From NCBI RefSeq assembly GCF_009914755.1, contig NC_060930.1: DNA of 64,000 bases. One strand, written 5' to 3'. This DNA is from the human T2T-CHM13v2.0 reference genome, Homo sapiens. The notes beneath the pieces were generated by a model that was not told the origin of the DNA, searched no databases, and saw only the letters and a list, made by a program, of their open reading frames with translations. Both the position numbers and the translations under genes were made by a program. This document shows positions 59,123 to 64,000 of the stretch, piece after piece (position 1 is the first letter of the stretch; each line of letters starts with the position of its first letter).

Positions 59123-60420
59123 AGCTATCTTCCTTACTGGGAGCTGGAGGGTTTGATTTGTCCATGTTTATGCAGAAATTGAAAGCTGGGCAGGATGGAG
59201 TTAGTCTCTGTATGCTTCTAGCTTTCGTTGATACTACTCTCTAACATTCTTTCTAGAAGACATTCTATCTTAGCTTATGAGGTGGCATGTATATTTTTAG
59301 GCCTTAATTTCCCATAGTGGTTGGATTAAAAATACACAATTTTAAATTTAATAACCCTGGTGTTTAATCTGGAATATAGGCTTAATATTATGATAAAATA
59401 ATGTTTTGTTTCTAACACGAAGACTGACGACTAGAAAAATTGCAAATTTAGCACAACAGCCAAAGTGAGTTATGCCAGACTGACAAGATTACTTTTTACA
59501 TCAATGTACTAACTTTTTTTTTTTTTACTAAATGATGCTTAAGTATCAGAACTTATGACTTGAGTTATTCTTAGATCAGTGAAAAGTCTCATTTTTAACA
59601 TTGCCCTTAATTGTTCCTCCTATAAAGACCTGACAGTTTTTGACAAAAGAAAGAGGACAGCAAACATGTTCTCCGGTTGGAATGAGCTTTGAGGAAATTA
59701 TGCCCCTTTCCCCCTACCACATAAGTTCCAGCCAAAAGATAGTTTTCCTGTTAGGTTAAGTGCTATGTAATTACAAAATCACGTTCAAGAGAGGGAAAAA
59801 CATAGTTGGCAGAATTGGGGAGTTTTGAAACACGTGAGCCCATGCCAGCAGCATTAGGTGGGGATCCAATTTCAATTCTGGTTTTCAAGAATGCAACTAG
59901 TTTTGGCTCATCTTTCATTGGAGTGCCAAGGAGCTTTTGCTCAGCTTGGTTGGAAGAATTCTTTTGATTCTCCAGCGCATTGACTTAATTAAGCTTCAGC
60001 ATCATGGAATATGTGAACCAAAGCTGGCAAATTTACTGAATAAATTTACCTACTACGTAATTGCCTTAATGATAGCTTTCTACATACGTCTTCTAGAATA
60101 CCTGCAGTCTACATGTGTTGATGTTAGGAAAACTCCAGGGTATACCTTATTGGATTGCTGGAGCATGGAGAATAGCATAATGACTTTTAAAAATTTAATA
60201 AAAAAGATAGTGGGGAACTAAAAAGGTTTTGAGGAAGAATTTCTAAAGCTCTTAAGTGTGGCCATTGATTTATATATGAGGGATAATCAGAGCCTTGACC
60301 ACTAAAATAAGGAATTTATGGTCTGGTTACATTTCCACATCTAAGATTTCTCTGACACTGTCTTCTGTCACTTTCAGTACTAGTTCAATGTCATGCTCAT
60401 GTTGCTGTTTTTAGCATTTT

Positions 60421-60718
60421 GTTTCATTATTATTTTTTAACAGACAAGGACTGGCTCTGTTTTCCAGGCTGGAGTGCATGATCATATCTCACTGCAGCCT
60501 TGAACTCCTGGACTCAAGCAATCTTCCTGCCTCATCCTCCTGGGTAACTGGGACTACAGGCATGCACCACCACACCTGATTAATTTTTACATATTTTTGT
60601 AGAGATGGGGGTCTCACTCTGTTGGCCAAGCTGATCTTAAACTTCTGGCCTCAAGTGATCCTCTCACCTTGGCCTCCCAAAACACTGGGATTATAAGTAT
60701 GAACCTCCATACCTGGCC
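60421..60718 (-). mobile_element. AluJ SINE
   Basis: cactgcagccttgaactcctgg; TSD tgtttttagcatttt at 60406-60420 and 60720-60734. Confidence 0.92.
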
Positions 60719-61939
60719 TTGTTTTTAGCATTTTAATTTCATAAAATGTATTGATAAGAATGGATGGTAAAGAATCTGTAAGTAATCTTTGCAGTCTTCA
60801 ACCTATTCTGGAAACCATAGTACCATGTAGTATGCTTGGAAAAGAAATACTTTTCCAGGTTTTTCTATAAACAAAGCAATGTACAGAAAATAGAGTGAAT
60901 GGGAGGGATTTAAAAAAATATTAACCCATTTTTAAAACCTATTGAAATTCCATTAAAATCAGAGACTTACCCCCTTTATGCTTTCCTAAATTCCACAGAA
61001 TTCACATTAATTTAATTGCAATTTATGCAAATTTATCATACAGAAATCCAAGATGGAGTGATGAGTTGAGCCGAAAGATAAAAACAATTACCATCAGGAC
61101 TGTGTCTGATGATGGGCAGTGTACCTTAAAAGGAGAAAAATTCCTCCTTTAAGCTGGGAAGCCAAAAAGGCAAAGGGAATAAAACTGTTTCCCATGGGGT
61201 ATGTTTGAGGCACGGAGTGCTTATCACAGAGAAGACTCTAGTGGGCCCAGAGCAGGGTTGGCACACAAGATACAGCAGATATTTGATGAACGCATGAATA
61301 ACAGCATTCAAAAACTCTGGGATTATCATGTGAGGAAGGAATTAGATCGGTTCTGTTTGATCCCACAGACAGAATTAGGTTCTATTCTGCTCAATAAAAG
61401 GAAGAACATTTTTATCTTCCGGCTGTTTACAGGAGGATGGGCATTCTCTCAGGGGGATTCCTGCCCAGCCCAGACTAGATGACCCCATGGCGTGGGTGCA
61501 GTAGACAGGACCCAAGAAATGTGCGGAAGGTGGGCACGCGTGGCTTTGGTGGCCTTCAGTGACTTTGGTGGCCCCCTTTGTGTCTGATGTACTGTAAAGT
61601 GATCTTTTGTTGTTGTTGGGTTGTTTTCTTGGATTCCCACTTGATTTCCTTCTTGGCAAATGTTGAGGCTTTAATAGTGCTCTTGGACTTATTAAATAAA
61701 ACTAAACAGAACAAAAAAAAAAGCCATGGGTGAGATTAGGCAGGCCTGATGGCCCACGGTAAGTCCTTAATTGCAATAATCTTTATGTCTGCATGGCACA
61801 TGGAACATCTGTTACCCCTGCATTTTTGCTTTTTATTTTTATTTATTTATTATTATCTAAAAAATGACAGCTAACTTAAAAAAAAAGACTTTTTAAATAG
61901 AGTCTAGATAGTGGGTAACAGATAGAGGAATCACAGTAA

Positions 61940-62200
61940 CAACTGTAATAGTACATACCTTCAAACCACTAACTGTGCCAGGCACTAGTCTAAGAAATAT
62001 AAATATAAATATAAATATGTATAAAATATACATATATACTCTCAATTAATCCTCACAACATGTTTATAGTTCACTTTGCAGATGTGGAAACTGAGAAACA
62101 GTGAGATTAAGCACAGCCTTTTCACAAGGTCACACATTAGTGAAGTCAGACAAATCCAGGCAGAATGTTCCAGAGAATGTATTTTCAATGACTATTACAC
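61940..62200 (-). mobile_element. MIR SINE with an internal (TAAATA)n expansion
   Basis: tgtgccaggcactagtctaag, ttaatcctcacaac, tttgcagatgtggaaactgag, caaggtcacac. Confidence 0.75.
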
Positions 62201-62484
62201 ATAGTTAAAGGAGGAACAGAGAGAACTGTATTATCCAAAGTCATTCAAATCTGTAGCAGCTTTATCCAAAAAAAAAAAAAAACAGAAAGAGAAGTATATG
62301 AAGTCCTTGCCTTCTGCTTTTCAAGTAGCAAGGCTAACTCCAGGCTTATGGCACATTTTAAAGCAGTGGCTTGCAACCATGCTGGACATTATAGTCATCT
62401 GATGAGCCTTAAAAAAATTCTTTCATTTTTAGAATTGTTTTTATTAACTCTCATAGAAGTTTGAATTTTTTTAAATAGAAAGTG

Positions 62485-64000
62485 GAGCACACCAAAAAAA
62501 TGGAAAAATATTGCATGTTCATGGATTGGAAAAATCAATATTGTTAAAATGTCCATACTACCCAATACAATCTACAGATTCAATGCCATCCCTACCAAAA
62601 TACCAATGACATAATTCACAGAAATATTAAAAAATCCTAAAATTTACATGGAACCACAAAAGACCTAGGACCAAAGCTATCCTAAGCAAAAAGAACAAAA
62701 CTGGAGGAATCACAACACCTGACTTCAATTTATACTATAGAGCTATAGTAACCAAAACAGCATGGTACTGGCATTAAAAACAGACACATAGACCAATGGG
62801 ACAGAATGGAGAACCCAGAAACATGTCCACACACCTACAGTGAACCCATTTTTGATAAAGGTGCCAAGGATATACACTGGGGGATATCCATATGCAGAAG
62901 AATGAAACTAGACCCCTGTCTCTCACCATATACAAAAATCAAATCAAAACAGATTAAATACTTAAATATAAGACTTCAAACGATGAAACCACTACAAGAA
63001 AACATTGAGGAAACTCTCCAGGACATTGGTCTGGGCAAAGATTTCTTGAGCAATACTCCACAAGCACAGGCAACCAAAGCAAATACAGACACATCAAGTT
63101 AAAAAGCTTCTGCACAGCAAATGATGCAGTCAACAAAGTGAAAAGACAACCCACAGAATGGGAGAGAATATTATTTGCAAACTACCCATCTGACAAGGGG
63201 TTAATAACCAGAATATATAAGGAGCTCAAACAACTCTGTAGGAAAAAAAATCTAATAATCTGATCCAAACCTGGGCAAAAGATTTGAATAGAAATTTCTC
63301 AAAAGAAGACATACAGATGGCAAGTAAGCACATAAAAAGGTGCTTAACATCACTGATCATCAGAGAAATGCAAATCAAAACTATAATGAGATATCATCTC
63401 ACCCCAGTTAAAATGGCTTATATCCAAAAGACAGGCAATAACACATGCTGGTGAGGATGTGAAGGAAAGGGAACCCTCATACACTGTTGGTGGGAATGTA
63501 AATTAGCACAAACACTATGGAGAGCAGTTTGGAAGTTCCTCAAAATACTAAAAATTGAGCTACCATGTGATCCACCAATCCTTCCCTGCTGTGTATATAC
63601 ACAAAAGAAAGAAAATCAGTATATCAGAGAGATCTCTGCATTCCTATATTTGTTGCAGCACTTTTTACAACAGCTAAGACTTGGGAGCAACCTAAGTGTC
63701 CATCAGCAGATGAACAGATAAGAAAATGTGGTACATATACACAATGGAGTACTATTCAGCCATTGAAAAGAATAAGATCCTGTCATTTGCAACAAAATGG
63801 CTGGAACCAGAGGTCATCATGTTAAGTGAAATAAGCCAGGCACAGAAAGACAAACACCACATGTTCTCACTTATTTGTGGGATCTAAAAATCAAAACAGT
63901 TGAACTCATGGTTATAGAGAATAGAAGGATGCTTACCAGAGGCTGGGAAGGGTAGTAGGGGTTGCAGGGAAGGGTGGGGATGGTTAATGGGTAAAAAAAG
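62485..64000 (+). mobile_element. 5'-truncated L1 (L1MA1/2-like), ORF2 3' part and 3'UTR, running off the window
   Basis: tgttcatggattggaaaaatcaatattgttaaaatgtccatactaccc; track ORF 62806-63102 (MKLDPCLSPYTKIKSK...[10 protein letters not shown]) is L1 ORF2; 3'UTR ttatttgtgggatctaaaaatcaaaac ... ttaccagaggctgggaaggg. Confidence 0.95.

Noticed and set aside
62806-63102. 98-aa ORF with protein-like composition
   Set aside because: It is a fragment of decayed L1 ORF2 with deletions and frameshifts, not a host gene.

Overview
Primate (human-like) genomic DNA. It is AT-rich, has no CpG island and contains no recognisable conserved protein-coding exon. Much of the window is interspersed repeat: about 22 Alus or Alu fragments (J, S and Y ages), two L1 3' pieces, many MIR and L2 remnants, MaLR/ERVL solo LTRs, a near full-length Charlie1a, MER3, a Tc2/Kanga element and a well-preserved CR1/L3 ORF2 fossil. 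Nearly all ORFs in the supplied track are Alu/L1/LTR-derived or chance. The main non-repeat signal is what looks like the 3' end of a spliced + strand transcript, probably a lncRNA. It has three clustered candidate exons (20592-20687, 21094-21247 or 21272, 23433 onward) and polyA signals at 23653 and 25301. Two competing 5' donors 25 nt apart switch a strong-Kozak ATG (21141) between a 36-aa and a 114-aa spliced ORF that the six-frame track cannot show. The repeat-free blocks carry clusters of homeodomain, SOX, TALE and TCF motifs typical of enhancers in a developmental gene desert. Conservation, expression and locus identity cannot be confirmed from the sequence alone, and repeat subfamily calls come from remembered consensus features, not a RepeatMasker run.
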